This document shows positions 18,643-29,052 of a stretch of 49,381 bases of DNA, in pieces. The stretch comes from Rhizobiaceae bacterium (lineage in GTDB: Bacteria; Pseudomonadota; Alphaproteobacteria; Rhizobiales; Rhizobiaceae). The DNA lies in contig JAIXSF010000129.1 in the NCBI GenBank assembly GCA_027484835.1, forward strand, positions 1-49,381. Direction: 5' to 3'. The translations under genes and the position numbers were made by a program. The notes under the pieces were generated by a model. It searched no databases. It was not told where the DNA came from and saw nothing but the letters and a program-made list of their open reading frames with translations. The stretch's first letter is position 1, and each line of letters opens with the position of its first letter.

Positions 18643-20316
18643 ATGGCAGTGGCATCGGATATCGACATCGCGCGCGCGGCTTCCAAGCGGCCGATCCAGG
18701 AGATCGGCTGCAAACTCGGGATACCCTCCGACAGTCTCATCCCTTACGGCCACGACAAGGCGAAGATCTCGGCGGCCTTCATCGAGGGGCTGTCTGATCG
18801 GCCGGACGGCAAGCTGATCCTGGTGACCGCGATCAATCCGACGCCGGCGGGCGAGGGCAAGACGACCACTACGGTCGGGCTCGGCGATGGCTTGAACCGC
18901 ATCGGCAAGAAGGCCGTCATCTGCATTCGCGAGCCTTCGCTCGGTCCCTGTTTCGGGGTAAAGGGCGGAGCAGCGGGCGGCGGTTATGCTCAGGTCGTGC
19001 CGATGGAGGACATCAACCTGCATTTTACCGGTGACTTCCACGCGATCACTTCGGCCCACAATCTGCTGTCCGCCCTGATCGACAATCACATCTATTGGGG
19101 CAACGAACTCGATATCGACACACGGCGCATCACCTGGCGGCGGGTGATCGACATGAACGACCGGGCGCTGCGCCAGATCGTGACCTCGCTCGGCGGCGCT
19201 TCGAATGGTTTCCCGCGCGAGGCGGGTTTCGACATCACAGTTGCGTCTGAAGTCATGGCGATCCTCTGTCTTGCCACGGATCTCGAAGACCTGGAGCGGC
19301 GGCTGGGGCAGATCATCATCGGGTATCGTCGCGACAAGTCGCCCGTCTTCGCGCGGGACCTCAAAGCCGATGGCGCGATGGCCGTGCTCTTGAAGGAGGC
19401 GCTGCAGCCGAACCTCGTGCAGACGCTGGAGAACAATCCGGCGCTCGTGCATGGCGGCCCCTTCGCCAATATCGCCCACGGCTGCAATTCTGTCGTGGCG
19501 ACCAAGACCGCCCTCAAGCTTGGCGATTACGTCGTAACGGAAGCTGGCTTCGGCGCCGATCTCGGGGCGGAGAAATTCTTCGACATCAAGTGCCGCAAGG
19601 CGGGGCTCAAGCCCTCCGCCGTCGTCATCGTCGCGACGGTCAGGGCGCTGAAGATGAATGGCGGTGTGGCGAAGGAGGATCTCTCCCGGGAGGATGTTGC
19701 ATCCGTCGAACGCGGTGCCGTCAACCTTGCCCGGCATCTGGAAAACCTCGCCAAGTTCGGCGTGCCGGCCGTTGTTGCGATCAATCACTTCACCACCGAT
19801 ACCGATGCTGAAATCGCAGCCGTGAAGGCTGTCGCTGCGGGTCTCGGCGCCGAAGCGGTGCTCTGTCGCCACTGGGCTGATGGTTCTGCCGGAATTGCAG
19901 CGCTCGCTGAGGCCGTCGTGCGCATTGCCGAGACACCGTCCGGTTTCCATCCGCTCTATCCGGATGCCATGCCGCTCTTCGCCAAGATCGAACGCATTGC
20001 CACGGAAATCTATCGGGCAGGTGAGGTCACCGCAGACAAGGTGGTGCGCGACCAGCTCGCGGACTGGGAGCGGCAGGGCTATGGCAATCTTCCGGTCTGC
20101 ATTGCCAAGACGCAGTATTCGTTCTCCACCGATCCGACACGCCGCGGCGCGCCCGAGGGGCATAGCGTGCATGTCCGCGAGGTGCGCCTGTCGGCTGGTG
20201 CTGGTTTCATCGTCGCGATCACCGGCGAGATCATGACCATGCCCGGTTTGCCACGCGTGCCGTCTTCGGAGCGCATCCGACTTGATGAGAGCGGGGCGAT
20301 CGAGGGCCTCTTCTAG
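18643..20316 (+). CDS. fhs: Formate--tetrahydrofolate ligase
   Basis: [64 protein letters not shown]. Confidence 0.97.
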   Translation: MAVASDIDIARAASKRPIQEIGCKLGIPSDSLIPYGHDKAKISAAFIEGLSDRPDGKLILVTAINPTPAGEGKTTTTVGLGDGLNRIGKKAVICIREPSLGPCFGVKGGAAGGGYAQVVPMEDINLHFTGDFHAITSAHNLLSALIDNHIYWGNELDIDTRRITWRRVIDMNDRALRQIVTSLGGASNGFPREAGFDITVASEVMAILCLATDLEDLERRLGQIIIGYRRDKSPVFARDLKADGAMAVLLKEALQPNLVQTLENNPALVHGGPFANIAHGCNSVVATKTALKLGDYVVTEAGFGADLGAEKFFDIKCRKAGLKPSAVVIVATVRALKMNGGVAKEDLSREDVASVERGAVNLARHLENLAKFGVPAVVAINHFTTDTDAEIAAVKAVAAGLGAEAVLCRHWADGSAGIAALAEAVVRIAETPSGFHPLYPDAMPLFAKIERIATEIYRAGEVTADKVVRDQLADWERQGYGNLPVCIAKTQYSFSTDPTRRGAPEGHSVHVREVRLSAGAGFIVAITGEIMTMPGLPRVPSSERIRLDESGAIEGLF

Positions 20317-20379
20317 CACCCACAAAAATCGACCGGCTGCTTGTGATTTTTTCGCCACGGTGATGGCGATCCCAATTCA

Positions 20380-20430
20380 TGCTCAAGATTATCATGTTTT
20401 ATATGTTGACTCGGATCATCATGTTTTATA
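20380..20430 (+). promoter_or_regulatory. Tandem 27-nt-period repeat containing a RirA IRO box
   Basis: GAT(T/C)ATCATGTTTTATA at 20387-20403 and 20414-20430; TGA-N9-TCA at 20407-20421 and TGC-N9-TCA at 20380-20394. Confidence 0.65.
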
Positions 20431-20551
20431 CGGCGTGATTACGGCGGAAACAACCTTTCCGCCCTGCTTTTGACGCAATCCCATTCGGCCGACCCGCTCC
20501 CATCCCCGGAAGCGGGAACCCCTTTCTGCGGCCATCGAAAGGACGACACGC

Positions 20552-22807
20552 ATGCGCTCCCGGTCCCTCCGCCCCATCCTGCTTGCCTGCACGGCACTGG
20601 CAGCCATCACCTCTCTTGCGCCGGCGCAGGCCCAGACCGCCGCCGCGACGACCACGGCCAATGCTGGCGAAACGCAGCTTCAGACGATCGTGGTCAAGGG
20701 CAAGCGGGTGAAAGCCGGATCGGTCGCGGATACGCCTTTGGCCACGGAGACGACGGCTGATGACATCAGGCAGAAGGAAATCAAGGACCTGAGCGATCTC
20801 GGCAATACGACCGAAGCCGGTATCGATTTCATCAAGGCGAAGCCTGGCAGGGCAGGCGGTCTCTTCATCCGTGGCCTGACCGGTGCGCGCGTGGCTGTTC
20901 TCGTCGACGAGATCCCGGTGCCTTTCCTCCAGAGCATCGCACGGACCGGCAGCAGCTCGCCGACGACTGGCATCAACGGTCAGCCGGACAGCTTCGACGT
21001 GGATTCGCTTGGCGGTCTCGACGTGCTGCGGGGTGCCGATTCCAGCAAGGTCGGCTCGGGGGCGCTTGGGGGAGCGCTGGCCGCCCGCACGCTGGAACCG
21101 GAAGATCTGATCGGCGAAGGCAGGGACTGGGGCGGGGTCGCCAAGACCGGTTATGACAGCGAAGACAAGAGCTTCAGCAATTCTGTTGCGGTCGCGAAGC
21201 AGGTGGAAAACACATCGGTGCTCTTTCAGGGCTCCTACACCCGCGGTCATGAAACCGACAATCAGGGCACGGCAGATATCTATGGTAGCTCCCGTACCGA
21301 GCCGAACCCGATGGATTTCGTCCGCAACAATCTGCTCTTCAAGTTCCGTCACAAGCTGGAAGGCGGTCACACGGTCGGCTTGACGGCCGAGCGCTACGAC
21401 TACACGAGCGACAGCAACCTGAAGACCCTGCAGTCGTCGACGTTTACTGCCGCCAATGCCGCAACCACCTTCCGCCCGGATGCCTATTTCGGCTGGGACG
21501 ATGTCCGACGCGAGCGTGTGTCACTTGATTACGCTTATGAGGCGCCGTCGACGGATACCCTTGTGCAGGCGGCAAGCCTGCGCCTTTACTGGCAGCAATT
21601 GACGAAGGATGCCGGCTCGTCGGGGCTTCGCAACAGCGGCACGCAGTATCTGCGCGGCAACGAGGCGCAGGAAGACGACATCGGGATCATCGGCTCGCTC
21701 GTTTCCGAATTCGATACCGGCAGCCTTAGCCATCAACTGCGTCTGCGCGGCAATGCCACGACATTCGAAACGCACCAGTACATCGCCGTCTTCCCCGCTA
21801 CGACGACCACTCTCTCCCAGTCGGACGCGCCGGATGTTGATGGCACGACGATCGGCTTCTCGGTGGAAGATCAGATCAGCTTCGGAGACAGCGGCTTTTC
21901 GCTCACCCCGGGCATTCGCTTCGACTTCCATGACTACGAGCCCCAGGACAGCGCTGCCTATCGGAACAACACCGGCTATGCGGCCTTTGGCCTGCCGAAG
22001 TCGTTCAGCGACAGCAACTTCTCGCCCAAGCTTCTCGCCGAATACCAGATCAATGAAAGCGTCGGCATCTTTGCCCAGTGGGCGATGGCCTATCGCGCGC
22101 CGACCGTCGACGAACTCTACGGCAACTTCACCAATACGCTCGGTGGTTATGCCAGCATCGGCAATCCCAATCTCGAAGCCGAGACAGGACATGGCTTCGA
22201 AGTCGGTGGCAAGTGGGACACGGGTGACTTCAACGGCAGCGTTACCCTGTTCCACAATATGTACGACAACTTCATCAACAACGTGACCCGCGTGGGTGTT
22301 GCGCCACAGCCAGCGAGCCTGTTCACTTACGAGAATGTGCGCGATGCCCGTATCTCCGGCGCGGAAATTAAGGCGCGCAAGGATTTCGCCAATGGCTTCT
22401 TCGCCGAGGGCTCGGTGGCTGTCGCCTATGGTGAATATGGAGACACCAATGCGCGGCTTCGCAGCGTCGCCCCGCTCAAGGCGATCCTCGGCATCGGTTA
22501 CGAACAGGAAACCTGGGGTACCCAGCTGACCGGCATCTTCTCAGCTGCGATGCCGGATGACCACGTCGCCAATACCTTCGATGCGCCCGGCTATGGGATC
22601 TTCAACGTGTCGGGCTGGTGGGAACCGGAAGCAGTGAAGGGCCTGCGCATTCAGGCGGGTGTCTACAACATCTTCGACAAGACTTACTGGAACGCCGTTG
22701 GCGTCGAATCCGTCAACCCGAACGCTGCAAGCTCTGCCAATCAGCCCGTGGCCTTCTATTCGGAAGCCGGAACGACCTTCAAAATCTCGCTCACGCAGAA
22801 GTTCTGA
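20552..22807 (+). CDS. shmR: TonB-dependent heme/hemoglobin receptor, ShmR-like
   Basis: Signal peptide, TonB box-like LQTIVV, plug IRGL, YRAP...NPNL motifs, C-terminal Phe; IRO box upstream. Confidence 0.75.
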   Translation: MRSRSLRPILLACTALAAITSLAPAQAQTAAATTTANAGETQLQTIVVKGKRVKAGSVADTPLATETTADDIRQKEIKDLSDLGNTTEAGIDFIKAKPGRAGGLFIRGLTGARVAVLVDEIPVPFLQSIARTGSSSPTTGINGQPDSFDVDSLGGLDVLRGADSSKVGSGALGGALAARTLEPEDLIGEGRDWGGVAKTGYDSEDKSFSNSVAVAKQVENTSVLFQGSYTRGHETDNQGTADIYGSSRTEPNPMDFVRNNLLFKFRHKLEGGHTVGLTAERYDYTSDSNLKTLQSSTFTAANAATTFRPDAYFGWDDVRRERVSLDYAYEAPSTDTLVQAASLRLYWQQLTKDAGSSGLRNSGTQYLRGNEAQEDDIGIIGSLVSEFDTGSLSHQLRLRGNATTFETHQYIAVFPATTTTLSQSDAPDVDGTTIGFSVEDQISFGDSGFSLTPGIRFDFHDYEPQDSAAYRNNTGYAAFGLPKSFSDSNFSPKLLAEYQINESVGIFAQWAMAYRAPTVDELYGNFTNTLGGYASIGNPNLEAETGHGFEVGGKWDTGDFNGSVTLFHNMYDNFINNVTRVGVAPQPASLFTYENVRDARISGAEIKARKDFANGFFAEGSVAVAYGEYGDTNARLRSVAPLKAILGIGYEQETWGTQLTGIFSAAMPDDHVANTFDAPGYGIFNVSGWWEPEAVKGLRIQAGVYNIFDKTYWNAVGVESVNPNAASSANQPVAFYSEAGTTFKISLTQKF

Positions 22808-22831
22808 GCTCTTTAGTACCAATCCCAGGAC

Positions 22832-22859
22832 AAGGCGGCGCAGCGATGCGTCGCCTTTT
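22832..22859 (+). terminator. Intrinsic terminator after the TonB receptor gene
   Basis: AAGGCGGCGCA-GCGA-TGCGTCGCCTT followed by a T-rich tail. Confidence 0.7.
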
Positions 22860-22870
22860 CTCGTTTTCGC

Positions 22871-23839
22871 TCACCGGCAATACCGAAAGCCGCTCTTTCG
22901 CTCGACCACGTCCAGATGCATGTGGTCCTGGTGGGTCGGGTCGCTGCCGGGGGAGAGCACGGTGGTGAAATAGAGACAGGCGATGGCGTTGAAGGCGCGC
23001 TGGAAGGCTGCTTCTGCCGTGCCGTCGTCCTGTTTGGCGATCATTACCGGCTCTTCCCTGTCGCCGAAACGCAGGCCCGCAATGTCGATCGCATTGCCAT
23101 AGGCATGTTCAGAGACCTTGCCGGTCTCCGCGTTGTTACGGTTGCGGCAGACATAGCCCGAGGCCTGGAGAATGCCGGTGAGCTTCGGTTTGTCCTGGAA
23201 CGCGGTCTCTGCCGCGGGTTTCAGCATGTCTCGGGTCATCCTGGCAAGCTGCAGCGCGGTTTCACAACGGATGGTCGCCTCGGGCTCGAGCGTCACGTCG
23301 GGCAACAGCTTTGTCACGGTGATCGGTGCCGCGATGCCGCAGCCTGTCTCGTCATCGATCGCCGGTTTCTCCTCGAACGTGGCGCCGATGGCCTTGAGAT
23401 CGACAAGGCAGGCGGCCAGTGCCTTTGTGTCCTCCGGCTGCGGTGGCGGATCGGAGGGCGGCTGCGGCTTTGCGGTTTCCTCCTCCTTCTGCGTGTCCGT
23501 CGCGCCGTCGGCTGCGGGTGGACTTGCATCTTTTGCGTCAGCCGCCGGTTCCGCAGCCTTGGGCGGCAGGTCCGGTCCCTGCGCGTCTTGGGCGTTCCCG
23601 TCGTCCGCTTCGGGCTTTTCAGGATCGGCTGCGGGTGGTGTCGGCTTGTCCTGCGGGGTCGGGACGTCTTCGGGCCGGGCGGCCTCGTCCGCTGGCGCCT
23701 CGGAAGGTGGCTCTGCCGCGGGCGCTGCGCTCTCCGGCCGTTTGTCGGGCAGGGGGCCGCTTGCGGGCAATTGCAGGCCGGTCAGGGAAGGCCAGGCCAG
23801 AAAGAGAAGGGCCATGAGCTTCGATATCGTCTTCGTCAT
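22871..23839 (-). CDS. Extensin-like family protein (Pro/Ala-rich linker plus Extensin-like_C domain)
   Basis: Signal peptide, low-complexity P/A/E/D region, CGI..P, YVCR.RN, SEHA.GNAIDI, H.DH.HLD. Confidence 0.85.
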   Translation of the reverse strand: MTKTISKLMALLFLAWPSLTGLQLPASGPLPDKRPESAAPAAEPPSEAPADEAARPEDVPTPQDKPTPPAADPEKPEADDGNAQDAQGPDLPPKAAEPAADAKDASPPAADGATDTQKEEETAKPQPPSDPPPQPEDTKALAACLVDLKAIGATFEEKPAIDDETGCGIAAPITVTKLLPDVTLEPEATIRCETALQLARMTRDMLKPAAETAFQDKPKLTGILQASGYVCRNRNNAETGKVSEHAYGNAIDIAGLRFGDREEPVMIAKQDDGTAEAAFQRAFNAIACLYFTTVLSPGSDPTHQDHMHLDVVERKSGFRYCR

Positions 23840-23957
23840 CTCGTCTCCCTGTTCCCCAGTCCCCGGGTCAAAAAGGCGCGAGCCGCCGAAAAGTTCATCA
23901 TCGAAGCCGATCAAAACGCCCTTGCTAAGGCGCCGGCTCCACGGTATTCGTTTGCGC

Positions 23958-24002
23958 ATGAAGATCGTTTCGCAGAACATTGCATGGTGGTGGGCACGCT
24001 AA
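23958..24002 (+). CDS. trpL: Trp attenuator leader peptide [14 protein letters not shown]
   Basis: 14 codons with three consecutive TGG, upstream of trpE(G) and followed by a terminator. Confidence 0.92.
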   Translation: MKIVSQNIAWWWAR

Positions 24003-24041
24003 CGCGGCCTTGACCAGTCATGTCTTCAGACGATTGACCCC

Positions 24042-24076
24042 AAAGCCGCCCGGAAACACTCCTGAGGCGGCTTTTT
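24042..24076 (+). terminator. trp attenuator terminator
   Basis: AAAGCCGCC...GGCGGCTTTTT between trpL and trpE(G). Confidence 0.85.
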
Positions 24077-24126
24077 CGTATTCAAGGCCTGGGGAGACGG
24101 GCCTCGAAGAGTGGAGAAGGACAAAT

Positions 24127-26310
24127 ATGTCGACGATTTTGCAGGAAGACGGCTCGGAAGCCTATCAGACGCGCGGTGGCGTGACCGTCACGCGCAAGCG
24201 CCGGCCGACGCCTTATGCCGATGCCATCTCCACCTATGTCGACAAGCTCGACGAGCGTCGCGGTGCGGTCTTCTCGTCGAACTATGAGTATCCGGGCCGC
24301 TATACCCGCTGGGACACGGCCATCGTCGATCCGCCGCTCGGCATTTCCTCCTTCGGCCGCAAGGTCTGGATCGAGGCCTATAACGGCCGCGGCGAAGCGC
24401 TGCTCGCCATGATCGCCGAGGCACTCGCTTCCGTCGAGGATCTGGCACTCGGCGCCCGGACCGCAACGCGTCTCGATCTCGACGTCAAACTGCCGTCCCG
24501 CGTGTTCACCGAGGAAGAGCGCTCGAAAATGCCGACGGTCTTCACCGTCCTGCGTGCCATCACCGCGCTGTTCTACTCGGAGGAAGATTCCGCGATCGGC
24601 CTCTTCGGCGCCTTCGGCTACGATCTGGCCTTCCAGTTCGATGCCATCGACCTGAAGCTCGTCCGTCCGGATGATCAGCGCGACATGGTGCTCTTTTTGC
24701 CGGACGAGATTCTGGTCGTCGACCATTACTCGGCCAAGGCCTGGATCGACCGCTACGACTTCACCAAGGGTGACGTCACCACCGTCGGTCAGTCGGAAGA
24801 GATTGCGCCCGAACCCTTCCAGCATACCGATACGATCCCGCCGCGCGGCGATCATCGCCCAGGCGAATATGCCGAACTCGTCACCAAGGCGAAGGAAAGC
24901 TTCCGCAAGGGCGATCTGTTCGAGGTCGTTCCCGGCCAGAAGTTCATGGAGCGCTGTGATAGCAAGCCATCGCAGATCTCGAAGCGGCTGAAGGAAATCA
25001 ATCCGTCGCCCTATTCCTTCTTCATCAATCTCGGAAACCAGGAATATCTCGTCGGCGCTTCGCCGGAGATGTTCGTCCGCGTGAACGGCCGCCGCATCGA
25101 GACCTGCCCGATCTCGGGCACCATCAAGCGCGGTGCGGATCCGATCGAGGATTCCGCCCAGATCCTGAAGCTCCTCAACTCCAAGAAGGACGAGAGCGAG
25201 CTCACGATGTGCTCCGACGTCGACCGCAACGACAAGAGCCGCGTCTGCGAGCCCGGCTCGGTCAAGGTCATCGGCCGCCGCCAGATCGAGATGTATTCGC
25301 GCCTCATCCATACTGTGGACCATATCGAAGGACGTCTCCGCGACGGCATGGACGCCTTCGACGGCTTCCTGTCCCATGCCTGGGCGGTCACCGTGACAGG
25401 TGCGCCGAAGCTCTGGGCCATGCGTTTCATCGAGGCGCATGAAAAGAGCCCGCGCGCCTGGTACGGCGGCGCGATCGGCATGGTCGGCTTCAACGGCGAC
25501 ATGAACACGGGTCTGACGCTGCGCACCGTGCGTATCAAGGATGGTATCGCCGAGGTGCGTGCCGGTGCGACGCTGCTCAACGACAGTGATCCGCAGGAAG
25601 AAGAAGCCGAAACCGAACTGAAGGCCTCCGCCATGATCGCCGCCATTCGCGATGCGAAATCCGATCCGAAGTCGAAGCGCGGTGTCGCGCGCGTCGGCGA
25701 GGGGGTCAACATCCTGCTCGTCGACCACGAGGATTCGTTCGTCCACACGCTCGCCAACTATTTCCGCCAGACCGGTGCGACCGTGAACACGGTCCGTACA
25801 CCGGTGCCGGAAGAGATCTTCGATCGGCTCAATCCCGATCTCGTGGTGCTTTCGCCCGGACCCGGATCACCGACCGATTTTGACTGCAAGGCAACGATCA
25901 AGAAGGCCAGGGCCCGCGAGCTGCCGATCTTCGGCGTCTGCCTCGGTCTGCAGGCGCTCGCCGAAGCCTATGGTGGGGAGCTGCGTCAGCTCGCAGTTCC
26001 CATGCATGGCAAGCCCTCGCGCATTCGCGTGCTCGAACCCGGCCTCGTTTTCTCGGGACTTGGCAAGGAAGTCACGGTCGGCCGCTACCACTCGATCTTC
26101 GCCGATCCGGCAACGCTGCACCGCGATTTCATGATCACCGCTGAAAGCGAAGACGGCACGATCATGGGCATCGAACACGCGAAGGAACCGGTCGCGGCCG
26201 TACAGTTCCACCCGGAATCGATCATGACCCTCGGCGGCGACGCCGGCATGCGGATGATCGAAAACGTCGTGGAGAAGCTCGCAAAGCGGAAGAAGGTCAA
26301 GGCGGCCTAA
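24127..26310 (+). CDS. trpE: Fused anthranilate synthase TrpE(G)
   Basis: [27 protein letters not shown], then a GATase domain ([24 protein letters not shown]). Confidence 0.96.
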   Translation: MSTILQEDGSEAYQTRGGVTVTRKRRPTPYADAISTYVDKLDERRGAVFSSNYEYPGRYTRWDTAIVDPPLGISSFGRKVWIEAYNGRGEALLAMIAEALASVEDLALGARTATRLDLDVKLPSRVFTEEERSKMPTVFTVLRAITALFYSEEDSAIGLFGAFGYDLAFQFDAIDLKLVRPDDQRDMVLFLPDEILVVDHYSAKAWIDRYDFTKGDVTTVGQSEEIAPEPFQHTDTIPPRGDHRPGEYAELVTKAKESFRKGDLFEVVPGQKFMERCDSKPSQISKRLKEINPSPYSFFINLGNQEYLVGASPEMFVRVNGRRIETCPISGTIKRGADPIEDSAQILKLLNSKKDESELTMCSDVDRNDKSRVCEPGSVKVIGRRQIEMYSRLIHTVDHIEGRLRDGMDAFDGFLSHAWAVTVTGAPKLWAMRFIEAHEKSPRAWYGGAIGMVGFNGDMNTGLTLRTVRIKDGIAEVRAGATLLNDSDPQEEEAETELKASAMIAAIRDAKSDPKSKRGVARVGEGVNILLVDHEDSFVHTLANYFRQTGATVNTVRTPVPEEIFDRLNPDLVVLSPGPGSPTDFDCKATIKKARARELPIFGVCLGLQALAEAYGGELRQLAVPMHGKPSRIRVLEPGLVFSGLGKEVTVGRYHSIFADPATLHRDFMITAESEDGTIMGIEHAKEPVAAVQFHPESIMTLGGDAGMRMIENVVEKLAKRKKVKAA

Positions 26311-26417
26311 GAGGACGTGGTTGGGGGGCGCCGCGGCGCCTCCGAAGCTCTGTTTGACAGCCCCCGCACTCCGTTGCACAGTTTCTGTGTGCCACGTTGC
26401 CAGGAAGCCGTGATCCG

Positions 26418-26678
26418 ATGAACAAGGTTGTTTTGACCACCGAAATCGATGGTGCCCTTAATGAGGCGCTGGAAGAAATTGCGCGGTTTGAACATCGGTC
26501 GTCGGCAGAACTGGCGGACCAAGCTATCCGCAATCTCGTCGAAGAACGGATAGCTACGCGCGAACTGCTGTATCAAGGGCTTCGTCTTGTCGATGGGGGC
26601 GATGTGAAGGCAGTGGACAGCGCCGACATTCACGCTTGGCTCCTTTCGGATGAGGACGAATTTCCGGCGGCTCGCTGA
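26418..26678 (+). CDS. CopG/ribbon-helix-helix antitoxin (ParD-like)
   Basis: 86 aa; N-terminal beta-alpha-alpha pattern, acidic tail (WLLSDEDEFP); directly upstream of a RelE/ParE-like gene. Confidence 0.7.
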   Translation: MNKVVLTTEIDGALNEALEEIARFEHRSSAELADQAIRNLVEERIATRELLYQGLRLVDGGDVKAVDSADIHAWLLSDEDEFPAAR

Positions 26679-26682
26679 CTCC

Positions 26683-27015
26683 ATGCGGCTCCGCTATTTG
26701 CCGACCTCCGAACTTGGCCTCCGCTGGATGCGCAGCTACTATCGGAGCCATCCGCAACTCGATGTGGTCGCGGCATCGGCTGCGCTTGCCATGGCTGAGC
26801 AAACCATCCTGAGCTATCCTGAGAGCGCCGCACGCTTCGAGGATTTTGATCGGGTTAGAGAGTATCATATTCGTGGCACGCCTTTTTCACTGCTCTACGC
26901 GATCACCCCTGACGAGGTCCTTGTCATCGACATCCGAGACGCGCGCGGCCAGAGGAGTGCCGAGATCCTTCGGAAGTTCGTGGCAGATCTTGGCCCGTCA
27001 TCGTTCGATATGTGA
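26683..27015 (+). CDS. RelE/ParE-family type II toxin
   Basis: P.S, VREY.I..TPF.L.Y.I....V.VID.RD.R pattern of ParE-like toxins. Confidence 0.72.
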   Translation: MRLRYLPTSELGLRWMRSYYRSHPQLDVVAASAALAMAEQTILSYPESAARFEDFDRVREYHIRGTPFSLLYAITPDEVLVIDIRDARGQRSAEILRKFVADLGPSSFDM

Positions 27016-27092
27016 ATGAGCCACCTGTGCACACCCCACATCCCGCCTTGACCTCGCCTTAACGCTTCGGCATTACGCTGCAACTCACACCG

Positions 27093-27118
27093 AACCGCCC
27101 GCTTTGCCGGGCGGTTTT
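27093..27118 (+). terminator. Terminator after the TA module
   Basis: AACCGCCCG...CGGGCGGTTTT. Confidence 0.7.
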
Positions 27119-27171
27119 GTCGTTTCTGGAATTGCGTCTGCAATTCACTCGCATCTGCAGGGAAGAAGGCC

Positions 27172-28080
27172 ATGGTGGCTCAGGAAAACAATCTCGTTCG
27201 GCGGCTTGCCCTGTTCGGCATTCCGCTGGCCTTCGGGGTCATGGGGCTGAAGCTGCTCGCCTGGTGGGTGACGGGCTCGGTTGCACTGCTGTCCGATGGC
27301 CTGGAATCGACCGTCAATGTCATTGCCGCCTTCATCGCCTATTTCGTCATCCGCTACGCGCAGAAGCCGGCCGACGACGACCATCCCTACGGTCACCACA
27401 AGGCAGAATATCTGTCGGCTGTTCTCGAAGGGGTGCTGATCGTCGTTGCGGCGCTGCTGATCATCCGCGAGGCGGTTCCCGCGCTGCAGAACCCAACGCT
27501 GCCCGACGCGCCGTATCTTGGACTTGCCATCAACGGACTGGCCGCCGTCATCAATGCCGCCTGGGCAACGCTGCTCATTCGTGTTGGCCGCAGTCACCGG
27601 TCGCCGGCCCTGTCGGCCGATGGCCAGCATATCATGTCCGACGTCGTGACCTCGATCGGCGTTATCATCGGCCTCGTGCTGGTGCTTGCGACCGGCTATG
27701 CCATCCTCGATCCGGTGCTCGCCATCCTCGTTGCGCTCAACATCATCTGGCAGGGCTGGAAGGTGATTGCGCAGTCCGTCGCCGGCCTCATGGATATCGC
27801 CGTGTCGCCCCAGGAGGACGAAGCCATCCGCCAGGCGATCAAGGAAAATTCGCAAGGTTCCCTTGGCGTCCATTACCTGCGTTCGCGCCGCGCGGGCGCT
27901 GCCACCTTCGTCGCCTTCGATCTGGTCGTGCCCTCGAAGATGACCGTTCGCGACGCGCATCTGATTTGCGACCGGCTGGAAATGGCGGTCCACAAGGCGG
28001 TCCCCGGTACCCGCGTCACCATTCACGTGGAGCCTGAGAACGAGATGGCGCATGGCGCCGGGATCGAACTCGGGCGTTGA
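27172..28080 (+). CDS. Cation diffusion facilitator (FieF/YiiP family)
   Basis: [45 protein letters not shown]. Confidence 0.93.
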   Translation: MVAQENNLVRRLALFGIPLAFGVMGLKLLAWWVTGSVALLSDGLESTVNVIAAFIAYFVIRYAQKPADDDHPYGHHKAEYLSAVLEGVLIVVAALLIIREAVPALQNPTLPDAPYLGLAINGLAAVINAAWATLLIRVGRSHRSPALSADGQHIMSDVVTSIGVIIGLVLVLATGYAILDPVLAILVALNIIWQGWKVIAQSVAGLMDIAVSPQEDEAIRQAIKENSQGSLGVHYLRSRRAGAATFVAFDLVVPSKMTVRDAHLICDRLEMAVHKAVPGTRVTIHVEPENEMAHGAGIELGR

Positions 28081-28097
28081 AGGAAAGAGGAATTACG

Positions 28098-28562
28098 ATG
28101 AGCACGACCGATGTTTCCGGGCTGGCCCAGCTCGGCCAGAGCGTGGATGCGCCCACAAGCCCCGAGACGGCCGTCATGGAGCGCGTGCCGAACGGCAATG
28201 CCGGCACTGATTACGTCGTGCGCTTCACGGCACCCGAATTCACCTCCCTCTGCCCGATGACCGGCCAGCCGGATTTCGCCCATATCGTCATCGACTATAT
28301 TCCAGGCGACTGGCTGGTGGAATCGAAGTCGCTGAAGCTCTTCCTCTTTGCCTTCCGCAATCACGGTGCCTTCCACGAGGACTGCTCGGTCTATATCGCC
28401 AAGCGCATCGTCGAGCTGCTGGATCCCAAATGGCTGCGGATCGGCGCCTACTGGTATCCCCGCGGCGGTATCCCGATCGATGTCTTCTGGCAGACCGGCG
28501 AGCCGCCGAAAGGCGTCTGGCTGCCGGAGCAGGGTGTCGCGACCTATCGCGGCCGCGGCTGA
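28098..28562 (+). CDS. queF: NADPH-dependent 7-cyano-7-deazaguanine reductase
   Basis: [34 protein letters not shown]. Confidence 0.96.
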   Translation: MSTTDVSGLAQLGQSVDAPTSPETAVMERVPNGNAGTDYVVRFTAPEFTSLCPMTGQPDFAHIVIDYIPGDWLVESKSLKLFLFAFRNHGAFHEDCSVYIAKRIVELLDPKWLRIGAYWYPRGGIPIDVFWQTGEPPKGVWLPEQGVATYRGRG

Positions 28563-28647
28563 TTGCAGCCGAGTTGCCGGCTTCGGGTGACTTCGCGCAC
28601 CCGAAGCGTTAGCGTCGAGGCGTTGTACCCGCTCAGGAGGCGCCCGC

Positions 28648-28998
28648 ATGCCGAAATTTCTCGCCGTCTATACGATGAAGCACGAGGACTTCGAGCGTTT
28701 CCGCAGTCTCAGCAAAGCCGAGCAGGATGCGATCGATGCCGAGGGCATTCCGAAGTGGATGGCTTGGGAGGAGCGCAACGCAGCCAAGATCGTCAGTCGC
28801 GGCGGTATGGTCGGCAAGACGACGCGGGTCACGCGTGAGGGCATCTCGCCTGCGGCCAATGCGATCTGCGGCTATCTGATCGTCGAGGCGGAGACGGCAG
28901 AGGCGGCCGCCCGCCTGTTTCAGGATCACCCGCATATCACCGTGTTTCCCGGCGACGGCGTCGACATCATGCCTTTCGTCACGGAGCCGGAATTCTGA
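28648..28998 (+). CDS. YCII-related / dimeric alpha-beta barrel protein
   Basis: MPKFL, W.AW, GG.VG, I.GY.IVEAE..EAA..LF..HPH; AGGAGG RBS. Confidence 0.7.
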   Translation: MPKFLAVYTMKHEDFERFRSLSKAEQDAIDAEGIPKWMAWEERNAAKIVSRGGMVGKTTRVTREGISPAANAICGYLIVEAETAEAAARLFQDHPHITVFPGDGVDIMPFVTEPEF

Positions 28999-29052
28999 CA
29001 AGCGCTTCGGCTTTGCGGGAGCTGGCCCGATCGGCTGGCCCGCTCTCGTGTC

